Made by a program: the position numbers and the translations under genes
Source of the DNA: Hydrolagus affinis
Lineage: Eukaryota
Length of the DNA stretch: 64,000 nt
Direction: 5' to 3'
Assembly (NCBI GenBank): GCA_012026655.1
Contig: JAAILG010000478.1
Span: 1 to 64,000, forward strand
Part shown: piece by piece, positions 11,276 through 23,434 of the stretch
Layout: the number at the start of each line of letters is the position of its first letter
How positions within the stretch are numbered: position 1 is the first letter of the stretch
Notes under the pieces: model-generated
What the model saw: the letters and a program-made list of their open reading frames with translations, nothing else
What the model was told of the DNA's origin: nothing
The model's database searches: none

Positions 11276-14083
11276 CTGCACATCTCCACATTATCATCTA
11301 TTCCCCTTCATGACAATGGTTTCTTGCCATCTCTTTTCCTGAAGACATTTAATTCTCTTTCCACCTTTGGATGTTTCCACAGAAAGTCCCTCACCCCAAT
11401 TGCCATTAAATCTCCCTTTAGAGTCAGGATGGGTGAGTCAACCAACAGCAATTCAAGGGTCCCAAACTCCTTCAGATTCAAGCTTGAAATGTAAAGTTGT
11501 GCAGATTTTTGGAAAAGTCTTCAATTCAGTCATAAGGTGTTCATAAGGCCAACACCATGAAGTATTTCAGGATTTGGTAGTAGGATTTTTGGTAATTTCC
11601 CCTTTCCAATTCAGGGAGTAGGGGCCAAATGTAGCACATTAGTACTGCTCTACATGGGATCAGCTAACACAGCACAGACCAAAAATCAAACGTGGGGCTT
11701 TCCAAGTTATGTGTAGGAGGTGGAGCATGACCTCCTAAGAAGTCAGTTGGTAAAACCATTGCTAAGAGTGAAACGTGGCCACAATAACCCCAGAACATCT
11801 CAGGTTTGCTTCCTGCCTTGTTGCTTGGTAAACCGATTTCAGGTAAGGTTGAGGTCAGGGTGCTGCAATTGGTCTAAGAGCCTCTCAGGGAGGAAGTGAC
11901 AGATTAGCCAGAGTTTCCACTCCTCGCACAAAATGGTTACACATCATTTTCTGTGGCAATGGAGAAATGAATCTGAATTTCTGAAACATTGTACCTGAAA
12001 GAATCAATTGTACTCAGAATGTTTGATCCCAAAAATATACCGCACTTCCTCTGCCCACCAATGGAGCTTATGCTTAAGAGGGTTAAAGGTCATTGCAAAA
12101 GAAAGCACAAGCAATAAATATATCAACGTTTGCTTCTTAACACTTGATCCATTCTCTGGAGATCTGGCTGGAAAATTCCCAGTGGAAATGGGCAACATTC
12201 CTGCTAATCTAAGACACGAAAAGCAGCATGTTTCGCCGACAAAATTTACAGTCAATTCACTTCACAGTATATTCTGTGAAGCACTTTGAGACATCTCGAA
12301 GACATGATGAGTCGCTATGTCAGATGCAAGAATTATTATTATGAAGTAAGGGAGGGGTGGGGTGGGGGTGGGGGGAGGTATTTAAACAGCATTAATATGT
12401 GCTCCCTTTATCTCTTAAGTTGTCCCTGGAATGCAACAGTCCTGAATTGTTTAGTTCACCTGGAAAAGGTTGTCAAAACAATCACACGATAGTTACAGAC
12501 AAAGGCAGTTTACCAACATGCCTGTCCTAATAGCACTGCTTCAAGCAGCAGACTTACTGGCAGGGTTCCAACTGTTATTAACACATGCGTCGGTATGGAC
12601 TGCGAATGAACTGATTTTAAATTCGTGCCAATTAAGTTGCGATTCTGAAATGTTTTTTTTAAGAGATACGAGGTGTCAAAGTAAAGTGTTTTCAATAAAA
12701 GTTGTTGGCCCGGAGAGCAGCTCCATAGGAACAAACACACACAGACACATTTATGAGACATCTTACAGGTATTTCGGAATGTAACGGATACTAAGACACC
12801 AGTGAGCAAGTTGTTACGAGTGGGTAGTTTCCCTCTGAAGTAAAATAAACCTTTTCCCCACTGTGAATGCTTGTTATCCATGTGAGGGGTTACGCTTTTT
12901 AAATAAACGTGGTGACTATTACAAGCACAGAGGGCACTTAAATATGTTCGGTGACACAATGTGAGACATTTTTCACCTCTCGGGACTGCTACATTGAAAA
13001 TCCCCCAATAAGGGTTAAACACTGTTCAGTGCATTGATTTCAGGGTGGTCTGGACGATGCACAATTAATTGCGTTGTCCAATTTTTGGAAAGAATTTTAA
13101 TAAGAAAAATACATTTATACCATTTGTTTTCTGACACAGGAGTCCTCCCAGACTAGTATAGGTAAAGATGAAATGTCTGTCTAATGTGTTAATTTACGTT
13201 CCATATTGGACCTTTCAGTTGCAAGCAAAGCTGCCACGGGTACAGCTAGTATCTAATAATAATAACCATCATCATTACATTTGGTATAGCACCTATCACA
13301 TTGGGAGGACGTTTCAAAGCGTATATACTGTCAAGTATTGTGACTGTATATTTTGTAAGAAAAAACACAGCAGCCAACTTATGTACAGAAATGTCCCACA
13401 AACTATGATGAAGTGAATGACCAATATATTTTAGTATTTTGGAGGGACTGTTGGCCAGGACACCATACTCAAAGTGCTGCAGTAATAAAGAATTGATGCT
13501 ATTAGCTCGGAAGATTAACAAGTGGCAAAATTAAAAATGAGGCTTCAAGGTCTTCCTCTTGATCTATGAGTTAAAGAGGCAAAGTGTTTCCTCTCCTAAT
13601 TTTGTTCTAATTTTAACGTTGAGCAGTGGAACAGACTCTCACCAATGATGCAGTCCACAGGATAAGATAACTGGCTGCAGTTTAAGGTAAACATCCTGTG
13701 AAGCGCTTTGAGGTGGCCTCCAGATGTGAAAGGCGCAATATCAAATGCAAGTATTGTTATCCTTATTATCAGCTTGGGAAGGGTAATGGTGGACATAGAT
13801 AGCTTCAGACTGAGTTAAGCAATGCTCAAAAGGAGGCAATATTTTGTGAGCTATTGGGGAGATGCATGTGTTTAACTGAAACGTGCGAGATGTTTTAAGT
13901 AGTTGATCGTGAATTCAAAAGGGGGTGTAAGAAAGGTACATTGCTCGTGTAGGGTAGGAGGCCAGATAATGGTTAAGTTGTGAGGGTGGAGGAATATTAT
14001 GGAGTTGTTATTTGATGACTGACTTTAAGGATCGGGAAGTCTCTTTGAGAGGTTTTCCTGGAGGAGAAAACTAGATTTGTTAC

Positions 14084-14270
14084 CTGTCTGAGAACCGAGC
14101 TGCCCTGGTGAGGCTGACCGATTTCTTCTTTGGATGGATGTACTGTGCCTATTCGCTGCAAAAGGATTCATGTACTGTGAATGTCCAGTTAGTATGCTCT
14201 CTGCTGCCACAGTAAGTCGAGGCATCTGACCCTCACTGATCTGTCCGGCACTGTTATCATCATCAGAGTT
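14084..14270 (-). CDS. KIAA0586: KIAA0586/TALPID3 exon (187 nt, phase 0 to 1)
   Basis: tgctacttag acceptor and CAG|gtaaca donor. Encodes NSDDDNSAGQISEGQMPRLTVAAESILTGHSQYM... (human [30 protein letters not shown]). Confidence 0.96.
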
Positions 14271-15489
14271 CTAAGTAGCAAGAGAAAGAGGATAAACATG
14301 TAAGATCCGGCGGGACAGTCATAAAGGATCAAGATTTGGAGGAACTATTACAGAGTGTTACAAACAGATGATCCTAGTCAACAATCTGCCTACAAGAAAC
14401 TACTTTTCAAACTTCTTTTGCCTGTGAAATATACGTTCCTATAAGTGGAGAGTTGAAAGTGGTGACAATTAACCGCAAGCCTCGCCTGAAAAAAGGACCT
14501 ATTCATTACTGGTGCGATCATTTTACGTCTTACACACTCACACTCCACTTCAGTATAAGATTTGCCTTCCTAAGTAAGGTCGAACTGAGGTGTTTCCAAT
14601 CATCAATGACTTGCCTTCACATAGTGCCTTTCACTTAGAAAGATGACTAAAACTGCATTACAATAATGAAGTGCTCGTCTGAGCTAAGTGAAGGAAGAGG
14701 AAGTGGTTGAAGGCACAGTTGAAGAGATGGGCTTTTTGATGGGTTTGGAAAGCAATGAATGGGGAAGTGAGCAAACGGAGGAATAATGAATGGAAGAAAA
14801 TTCCGGAAAGTGCAAGCTGGAAACACATCCGCCAGCGGTAGCGTGGAAAGGCCAGAGATGAAATAGGCTGGAGTTAGCATACGTACAACACGGCATCCTT
14901 CACTGTAAACCTAAATGTTGGAGAGAGATTCTTATAGCGTGGCAGGCAGCACAAGTTACAGCAGAGACCGCCAAGACAGCTGGGCTATCATGAAAGCGCT
15001 GCACAATCAAGTCTTTCTTTCTCTTTCACAGACATTCACTGTTGAAGACATGCCATTCTTTGTTGCATTGCAGTGTATTTCTTGGCCAGGTTTATAAGCA
15101 GACAAAGTGCCTCATCTGGCATTTTTATCCTTTGCCTGTGTATTGTGTATTTTACGTGTAGTGTTTGCGGATTTTATGAGCATAATTCTCCACATGTGCT
15201 TTTGGCCGCATGTTTGCCCCATCAAGATCCTATCTGATGCTCAAAGTGTTGTTTAAGTGGCTGTGATGCCAGCCCCTGATAATGACATTGTGTATTGAAA
15301 CTACTATATAAATGGGAAACATATTAATCATATCGGGGCTGTTGGTTACTATAAAACGGCTTCCCGTTAACTGAATCCCTAAAATATTTCACCTAGTTCC
15401 CTTCTTTCAATTGAAGAATTTGAGAAGACATATACAGTACCTAGAATAACCTTTTAAAACATCCAACTTAAACATCACTTTGATGCACC

Positions 15490-16250
15490 TAATAATAGTA
15501 TTATACTCTTTGCATTTTGATATAGCACCTTATCACATCATCGAGATGTCTCAAAGCACTTCACAGGAATCTCTTTTTTACTGTGAAGTGCAGCACCGTC
15601 TACTTGATGGCAGCTAATTTTGCACAAAGCAATTCCCACAAACAGCTATAAAGTGAGTGACCAATTTTCTTTTTGAGTTGTGCCATGGGATCTTCAACGT
15701 CCCCCTGAAGAGGCAGGCGGGACCTTCATTTTAACATCTCTTCCGAAGCAGACCTCAAGCGATGCAGCTCCCCCAGTACTGTATTGGAGAGTCAGCCTCT
15801 AGACCAGTGGTTCCCAACCTTTTTTTGCTGCGACCCAAATTAACCACCAACAGTCCTCACAATCCCAATTTTTTTTGCTGCGACCCAAATTAGCCTCCAG
15901 CAAGTTCTCCCACCCTTAGGGGGCAACATCGCGACTGAAGCAAAGCTCGGCCAAAACGTTATCTCCGACTCTTTTGTGGACTCAGCGCAACTCGTAAGTA
16001 TGCTCTTTCACACAAATTGGTCGGCAGTGTCGCTTCTGGCATTTCTTTTAGCGCTAAAAAAGCATTTTCAGGATTAAAAAAAGCAACAAAAAAAATTTCT
16101 GATGACCCCCCGCGACCCTGATTTGGGTTGGGACCTGAGGTTGGGAACCATTGCCCTAGACTAAACAAGTTCATACTCCAACATGGGGTTTGAATCCATC
16201 ACCTTTTGTCACAGAGGCAAGTGAGCTACCAACCAAAACAGGCTGACAAT
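15490..16250 (-). mobile_element. DeuSINE-type SINE interrupted by a hAT MITE
   Basis: Tail at 15490, Deu-like gtgccatgggatcttcaacgtcc at about 15680, and the head ggggtttgaatcc...accttttgtcacagaggcaagtgagctacc resumes after 16161. Confidence 0.8.
15805..16153. mobile_element. Non-autonomous hAT (Charlie/MER5-like) MITE, 349 bp
   Basis: TIRs CAGTGGTTCCCAACC and GGTTGGGAACCATTG. 8-bp TSD ctctagac/ccctagac fits the NTCTAGAN hAT-Charlie target preference. Confidence 0.9.
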
Positions 16251-18102
16251 TAATCATTATAAATAACCTAAACATCACAAAACAAGGCAAGAGAGAATTT
16301 AGTAAATTCACAAAATTGGAATCGGGATATTGAGAACATGATCAATTGACTATGGTGACATGTCAGTCTGGTTCCAGGTATAAATTTAAATAAAGGTAAT
16401 AAAAAGTGTATGATAAGGGTGTGAAGTGGATTATTTGACTCGCTGACTGACTCCCAATAAACCACTCTGTATCTAAGGAAAGTAACCTCACACTGATCAT
16501 CTTTGCTGAGATCCGTTCTCTGCTCGACAGATATCACAAACCACTGCCCTGCTCGGGAGAGAATGTAATTGACGCAACAGGAATACAGTAGCCCTGAATA
16601 CAGAGATCATAGATGCAAGAATAGCAATGTGGGGTGAAACTCAAAGGCATAAGTTACAGAGAAGCAGCAAGGATCTGCTGCACTCTACTGGCTACCAAAT
16701 TCATTGATAATTCATTGCACAAATACAGATGCAAGTGTATCCTTCACATACAAACACAGAAAGTGGTGGGTGTAACATTCCCATGGCACCAAACAGCGTA
16801 AATTTTAACTCCTAATGGCAACAGAAGTTATCCAGAAACCTGTTGTAAGATACAACAATAACTTTATTTTACACCCAAAGCTAATTTTATGGAGTGAGTG
16901 AAGAAGCTGTAGATTTCAACTCATTGCTTGAGTTATATAGCCTCTAGTTCAGCATCCGTTATTCTCTGCACAAACAAGGCACTCAAAATCAATTCAACCC
17001 AAGTATACAAGCCAAGAGCTCGAAATCCTAAATCAAGCAGCTCCATGGGAGGAGGTGAAACTACGAAACAGAAAAGAAGAACAAAGTGATCAAAATAGTA
17101 CATAACTCCTCGAATGCCTAGATCAAATCTATGCCAGTTTATAGTCCACTGGGGTGCAGTCCAGAAGATCTGGAAAAAAATTGTCACTGACTTTATGGAT
17201 TTCTATCACATTTCAATATTAGTGTCGATTTCTAGGATTCAAGTGGAGTCCAGGCGAATGGCTTGTGACACATCTGGGATCAGCTGGGTACTCGGCTTTT
17301 TTGTGAATCTCGCATTGTTCTCAACATCTGCAAGCCTTAAATGGTAACAGCCCACCTAACAGATCAAATACAACTGTAGATTGACCAATCACTGATTGCT
17401 GGGAAGTTATCTATGAAATTAAGTTACAGTTGGAAGGAGCAGCAGTATTATGAATCGCCAGTTTATACTCAATCGCCAATGAGTACTTTGAGAAAATAAT
17501 TCTGTTACTGGCTGTTCTGTGGTGGTGCTGTTGATAACCACTATTAAACTGCAAGTGGCAAACGAAAGCTATAGTCAGGCAAGCAGAAGTTTCATGGGTT
17601 AACTGTGAATAGCCAAGTGAGTAGACAACAGATATCCAAAGGAGAATAAAAGGCAAAATACTGTAGATGCTGGAAACCTGAAATAAAAACAGAAATCTCT
17701 GGGAATACGCAGCATATTTAGACTATCTGTTTTATACATTTCAAGATTTACATTTAAAGTGGTAAACATTTGGATTTATTCCAGGAAAACTTTTTTTATT
17801 TGAATTCCTTTCAGAATTGAGTTCCTCCGTCATATTCACACGCATTAAGGGAGAAGTTTAATCAAACACAAGTGCTCTGGGACATTACCCTGCAGGCTAT
17901 GTAAATATAAGTTATTTTTGTTTAAGTGCCTGATGCAAAAGAGCTTTAAGACCGTTACACTACATTTTAGGCACTGTAGTGCCAACATTGCCTATAATTC
18001 TTGGCATTGCTTATAAATTCTCAGTGTTAACAAGACAGTTTTCATACAGTTTTAGCACATATCACGATAAACAGCTTATAGGAAAGTACAGGGCATCTAT
18101 AC

Positions 18103-18234
18103 CTCTGGATGATATATTTCCTGTGGAGCGAATGCTCCTCGATTCATACCAGCTAAGAGTGTGCCAAGTGAGTACTTCTCTCCTCCTCTGTGTGAAGCCC
18201 TGATCACTTGCCCTTCACTTGGGGAATCTTCATC
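18103..18234 (-). CDS. KIAA0586: KIAA0586/TALPID3 exon (132 nt, phase 0 to 0)
   Basis: ttgtgcttag acceptor and GAG|gtatag donor. Encodes DEDSPSEGQVIRASHRGGEKYSLGTLLAGMNRGAFAPQEIYHPE (human EDDPPSEGQVIRMSH...VYHSE). Confidence 0.95.
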
Positions 18235-18244
18235 CTAAGCACAA

Positions 18245-18780
18245 ACAATACATAATAATACCACTGTACTACTACTACTGGTAATAATAATAATCATATA
18301 AATTGATACAGCGCCTTATCACATTGTCGCCCACAAATATACAGTCAATTTTCCTACTCTTCTTCATCCTGCCCCGACCCCTCCCCCTTGCTCTTGTCCC
18401 TACCTAACTGTACAGCGCCTTGGGATGTCCTCTCGACGTGAAAGGCGCTATATAAATATAAGTTTTGATTGATTGATTGGTTGATTGATTGATTGTCAAG
18501 ATGTCTCAAAGCACTTCACAGGTTATACTGTAAAGTAATGTGACTGTATGTATTTTGTGGGCAAACACAGCAGCCAATTTGCACGCAGCAATGTTCAGGA
18601 AACAGATATGGAGAGAGTGACCAATTTTATTTGGGGGATTGTTAATCAGGACACTGGAAGAAACCAACTCCCTTCACTTTTCAATTAGTGCCTTGAAGTC
18701 TTTAAGGTCCAACTGGACATGAAGATGGAACCTTTTCATGCCTCATCCAAAAGACAGCGCCTCTGACAGACTCACCTCCA
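18245..18780. mobile_element. Composite: minus-strand SINE pieces with a plus-strand L2 tail ending in (gatt)n
   Basis: L2 tail cagcgccttgggatgtcctctcgacgtgaaaggcgctatataaat at about 18410-18460, (gatt)n at 18466-18494, and DeuSINE-like sequence after it. Confidence 0.75.
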
Positions 18781-19154
18781 GCACATTCCTTATGCTCTAG
18801 CTCTGCACTTGATGTGTAAATACTGGATGCAAAGATTGCACATGGCGTTAAGCTTATTTTGATCTATGGGATAGGTTTTGAAAGCAGTGAGGAACAGGAG
18901 GAGGGATTTTGAAAGAGAGTTCCAGGGGCCAGAGGCAAATGGCTGAAAGCCATCCCATTGATGGTAGGGTAACAGCGGATGGAAAGTGGCAGGGTTATTA
19001 AATGCAAGTTATCATCAAGACAAACTGACATATCAGGACTGCAATGAAGCAGAAATGAAAGAAATGCAAAAGAGCGATATCAGTCAATATCAACCATAAA
19101 AGGGGCTCTTGAAGCCATTTTCTAAGGTATATTATCCTGGACAAAGAAACGTAC

Positions 19155-19231
19155 CATTTCCTGAGCGTCACGGAGAGTGCTGGACAGGCTTTCGTTGACG
19201 TGCGGCAGGGGTAGCCCTCCTTCCAAAAAGG
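19155..19231 (-). CDS. KIAA0586: KIAA0586/TALPID3 exon (77 nt, phase 1 to 0)
   Basis: gtttttcag acceptor and ATG|gtacgt donor. Encodes (A)FLEGGLPLPHVNESLSSTLRDAQEM (human NLNDSLSSTLHDAVEM). Confidence 0.95.
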
Positions 19232-19767
19232 CTGAAAAACAAGGAAAGCTTAAAACATCAACGTAGATTTAAATAAGGCACATTGCAGAGATGCTGTTTC
19301 CCTAAAATAAGCTTTTGTGCTATTACTGGGTTTGAAGAAGTTTTTTTTTAAATTTAAAGATCTCTGAGCCACTGAAGTAGAATGACTAGGATGTGTGGAT
19401 GATAGACCTGTCTCTCCACCCATTCTCTCACTGTTCTCATTGAGATCCATCCAGCCTGCATTGCACGTTACCCTGCCCTCAATTCTGAGCCAGAGAGAGG
19501 AATTCTGGCTGATTTATTTTTAGCCCCTCCTTAACCAGAGTCACCGAGGATAACTACAGAACTCCACAAATGCTAGAACAGACTGAGGATTGAACCTGGA
19601 ACCTAGTAAGTCTGTAAAGTTCAGCTACTCACTGGATGACCAACCTTCCAACATGAAAGACACCGTATGAATGCAATTTATAGTTGTTGTGTATCTAGGC
19701 GTATGCAGTATTTACTAATTTAGCACTAAGTAGAAGCCTGTTTTTGCTCAGCTCGGTGTAGCTATAC

Positions 19768-19988
19768 CTTTTGCTGCAGCTATCTGCCCGTAGCTTATCA
19801 GCACCTCTCCTTCAGAGATGTTCCGGTCAGCGGTTTCAGTGGAGACAGTTGAGCTACTTTCCTCAGTGGATGGGGGTGGAGTTCGGACCTGTGGAGGGGG
19901 TGATGGACTTTTCTCAGGTGGAGCTACCACTAGACCAAGTGGTAGAAACAAGGTCTCTGGTTCTTCATCCTTGGCCACTGACAAGCAA
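19768..19988 (-). CDS. KIAA0586: KIAA0586/TALPID3 exon (221 nt, phase 2 to 1)
   Basis: caatttag acceptor and AAG|gtatag donor. Encodes (I)CLSVAKDEEPETL...STETADRNISEGEVLISYGQIAAAK (human MSVAKDEEPES...DKPISEGEILFSCGQ). Confidence 0.96.
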
Positions 19989-20647
19989 CTAAATTGAATA
20001 ATAAACAGTAAACCAAATCAATAAAAGTCCAATGTACGCCAACCACTTATCTCATTCAGCAATCTAGTAGCTAGTTTTGTTTAGAGAAAGGACATTGGTT
20101 TTGTGTGCACTACTGTCCACAAATCCCAGTCAGGATGGCACATTTATGATTTGTTTTGGTCGGCTAAGTCTCTGAAACAAGTGGAATCTATCTCATCGAC
20201 ACATGGAAATTCTGGTGTATTCGAATGTTCCACATCCTTTCATTGGAGTGACATATCCTGCTTACCTAATTCCAGATATTGCCAAAGAGTCAAGGCTTGG
20301 AGGCCCCAGAGTATGTGTTGGGGAACTGCTGGAGTTTAACCAGCTAAAACCACATAGCTTGCCATTGAAAACATTGCATGCCTAGCTTTCCCACTGCTAG
20401 TCCAGCTAGGACCATCCTAGCAGTTAGGCCTTTGACTTGCGAGGTTAACAGATGGATGCTGGGTATCCCTGCCCCAGTGACTAGACTGCCCCTCCAAATC
20501 CTAGATGCCAGGATCGTCGAATGGAGATCAAATGGGTCTGTTCATCTGACCCTCCGTGTGTTCGCTCATAATGGTTACAAAGTTGAGTTGGCAAGCTGGA
20601 TTTATTGCATTTTAGCCTTTTGTTTATTGCTGCAAGACACTGGAAGA

Positions 20648-20907
20648 GTTAATGGGGAGATCAGAGGAGTTTTTTTTCCTCAAACAGATGGCTGTTAGAC
20701 CATAGAATATTTGGACATAATGTTTGGCTATTGAACCTTAGACCATAACATTCCAAAGTGAACTGGAAATGTATTTGAAGAAAAACAATATCAAAAAGAT
20801 ACTGGAAAGGAAATTGGGCTTTAAGCAATGCCAGCAGAGGAGCTGGCACCAGCATAGGTTCAATGGGCCAAATGGCTTCCTTCTGTGCTAGAATTCCTAT
20901 GGTTCTA
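20648..20907 (+). mobile_element. CR1 LINE 3' fragment, degraded
   Basis: Tail gagctggcaccagcataggttcaatgggccaaatggcttccttctgtgct...ctatggttcta. Confidence 0.7.
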
Positions 20908-21239
20908 TTGATTAGATAGAAAGCTCCCATGACTGAATTATATAGTTTGACTTGAAAGACTCTGCTCGTAGTTTATGCTCATAGTTAAGGCAACATATGC
21001 TTCATGTAGTACTGCTTCTTGCAACTTATTAAGGCATCCATCAGAACCTGTTGAAAAAATACCCAATTAGACTGAATTGCATCTATGCCATATAGGTTTT
21101 AGCTGATTAAACTCCAGTAGTGGTCCATTGCACTCTCTGGGCTGCCCAAACCTTGGCTCTTGTCAAACTGCACTGAATACGCTTGAGAATAAGATAATCA
21201 AGGTGCATCTCTCCAGGGAGAGAGCATGTATCTAAAAAA

Positions 21240-21375
21240 TAGAGAGATTAGGGGATATGGGGATAGGGCAGGTAATTAGTTAGGTCAGAAGATCAGCCAT
21301 GAACTTATTGAATGGCGGGGCAGGCTCGAGGGGCCAAATGGCCTACTCCTGCTCCTAATTCTTATGTTCTTATGT
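21240..21375 (+). mobile_element. CR1 LINE 3' end
   Basis: gggatatgggga...gatcagccatgaacttattgaatggcggggcaggctcgaggggccaaatggcctactcctgctcctaattcttatgttcttatg. Confidence 0.88.
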
Positions 21376-21734
21376 ATTCCATTCTAGACACAAGAGAATT
21401 TCCATGTGTTAGGTGGGCATAAAAATGAGGAACTCTCAGTCTGGGTTGAATACTGTGAATTATGGTGATGGGGTCCGCATGTGTCATATACGCATCCGAC
21501 TGACAAAAAAAACACATGTGTACTTCTTGGGATGCATTAACTTGTGACAGTTTGACAAACAGAAACTATCTGCGGTGTCTATCTTCTTTGACGATCTAAT
21601 AATCTTAAAAGGAACATAAAAATCAAAGAGAAGGCAAATAAGACTTGTATGCCAGTTCAAAACCAGTTGGTTGTTGTGGAAAATGCTCTTCACAGAAAGT
21701 AACTGGGCAGTGCTGAATCTTTAGTTATTGAGTA

Positions 21735-22000
21735 CATAAGAACGTAAAAAATTCAGAATAGAACGGGCTATCCACTACAGACCATTCGATTGCCTACATT
21801 CTATAACTTCACCAAATCCCATCTTCCCCACTTTGCCCCCACACTGTAGCACAAATCCCTTCATAAATTTTTTATTCCCTGGGTCTCTATCCATCCCAAT
21901 CGAAAAAATTTCACGGATTTCTCCACTATGATTTTCTGGGGTGGTGCGTTCAAGATACTTATCACTGTCTGAGTGAAGGAGTTTTTTTTCACTGACTTGC
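21735..22000 (-). mobile_element. CR1 LINE 3' fragment, degraded
   Basis: Reverse-strand CR1 tail acataagaac...ccattcg..., with ccactatg...ttcaagatacttatcactgtctgagtgaag. Confidence 0.65.
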
Positions 22001-22048
22001 CATGTTTGTGCATAACACCATCTGTACAATGTGTCCAACAGTACTCAC

Positions 22049-22262
22049 ATAGCCCTTGGTTGCAGTGATGTTTCTTGTGGTGAGTTGGGGTTTTCCTCCT
22101 CCAGAGGGAGCTCTGCATCTCCCCATGGATTTGGAAGCTCTGATGTAGGTACCGGGCTGGCATCTTTAGTTGTCACTGGTGAAGGTGTGGATACTCTGGA
22201 CGGTGTAGGCACAGGGGTGACAGCGGGTGTGCCAACAGGACTCACTTGTGCTGGAGACTCCG
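22049..22262 (-). CDS. KIAA0586: KIAA0586/TALPID3 exon (214 nt, phase 1 to 2)
   Basis: ctttctgcag acceptor and AT|gtgagt donor. Encodes ...[11 protein letters not shown]...[30 protein letters not shown](I) (human [31 protein letters not shown]). Confidence 0.97.
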
Positions 22263-22709
22263 CTGCAGAAAGCACGTTAAAAATACTAAAGTCAACTGCA
22301 GTAAATTCCTGATAGTTTGATACTGGCTTAACTTGTCACTACCACTTAAATCATGATATTGTCATTATTCCAGCTACATTTATTTATGTATACATATACT
22401 GTATGCTTAACTTATCACTCCTGTTAACTCATCACATTCCCCCACCCCCCCACCCCCTTGTTGTTTGTTGTTTGTTATCAGGAGTTGAATGTATTTGCTA
22501 TGCTTGTCAATTAAGTTGTTCTTCAACTGGTCAGAAGGCAATTTAGAATATTTTAGATTCTCTCTTACAGAGGATCGAAATTCCACATAGTCCTAGCCTC
22601 CAAGGCCATTTTGCCTTAAAATTTAAGATTGAATGAAAAGTGGAAAATTCTTCAATTCAGTGGTAATTTGGAAAACAAGAAACAAGACTACAGAAAAACA
22701 GGAACAATA

Positions 22710-22890
22710 ATAATTTGGTCACTCAATCCATAACTGTTTGTGGGACACTGCTGTGCGCAATTGGCTGTCACATTTCGCCCATAAATATACAGTCAATTCA
22801 CTTTATAGTATATTGTGTGAAGTGCTTTGAGGTGTTCTAGAAGACGTGAAAAGTGCTATATCAAATGCAAAGTTTATTATTATAATGATT
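22710..22890 (+). mobile_element. SINE 3' half; a similar copy lies at 23625-23830
   Basis: ttggtcactcaatcc..actgtttgtgggacactgctgtgcgcaattggctg...ctagaagacgtgaaaagtgctatatcaaatgcaa. Confidence 0.85.
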
Positions 22891-23259
22891 AAAAAACAGC
22901 TTCCAAATATTACTGTGCAATCTCAAGTTTGAAGACAGGAATCTCATCCACTAAGACGAGGTAGAATCTCGAGACTGCAGCGAGGTACACAGTCACAATG
23001 GGCCAAAAGACTTTACTCTATGCTAAACATTTCTATGATTTCCCTGCATAAGCAACTTCACTGGAACTGCTCAATTGAAGCAACAGAGGTAACTGTGGAG
23101 TGAGACTCTACCAAGCTTTCAATTCTCAAGTTGAATTCTTTTATGCCTCTCCAAGGTCCGCTGACCCCAATGTGATGATTCCACCAGGACCCTAAACTTT
23201 TCTCTGTTCAGCGCAGCGCTCTCTGTTATTCCCTTAATAGTACGAAGCCACCCCCCTAC

Positions 23260-23434
23260 CTGGCGACAGTTCCGGCAGAGATTTTAATCTTGTTTCAGAC
23301 TCTGGATCCTTCTCTTCGGACCCGGACTCAGACCCCTGGGGTGTGAGTTCTGGGGTGTGGATTGTGGGAGAGTCTCTGGCAGGTGGTGAGGGAGTGTGCC
23401 TTGGGGTGGGAAGCGGCGTTGGGACAAGCACCTC
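23260..23434 (-). CDS. KIAA0586: KIAA0586/TALPID3 exon (175 nt, phase 0 to 1)
   Basis: atcttgtag acceptor and CAG|gtaggg donor. Encodes EVLVPTPLPTPRHTPSPPARDSPTIHTPELTP... (human VCTPLPTPQPTPP...VKTPDSSP). Confidence 0.93.

Larger units (their letters stand above)
20188..21421. mobile_element. Unclassified element with long degenerate inverted arms
   Basis: 20188-20370 is reverse-complementary to 21085-21421 (acacatggaaattct/agaatttccatgtgt; ggagtttaaccagctaaaacc/ggttttagctgattaaactcc). Related sequence at 38957-39240. Confidence 0.65.

Noticed and set aside
12510-13022. 170-aa minus-strand ORF
   Set aside because: No recognisable domain, non-protein-like composition and no fitting splice sites.
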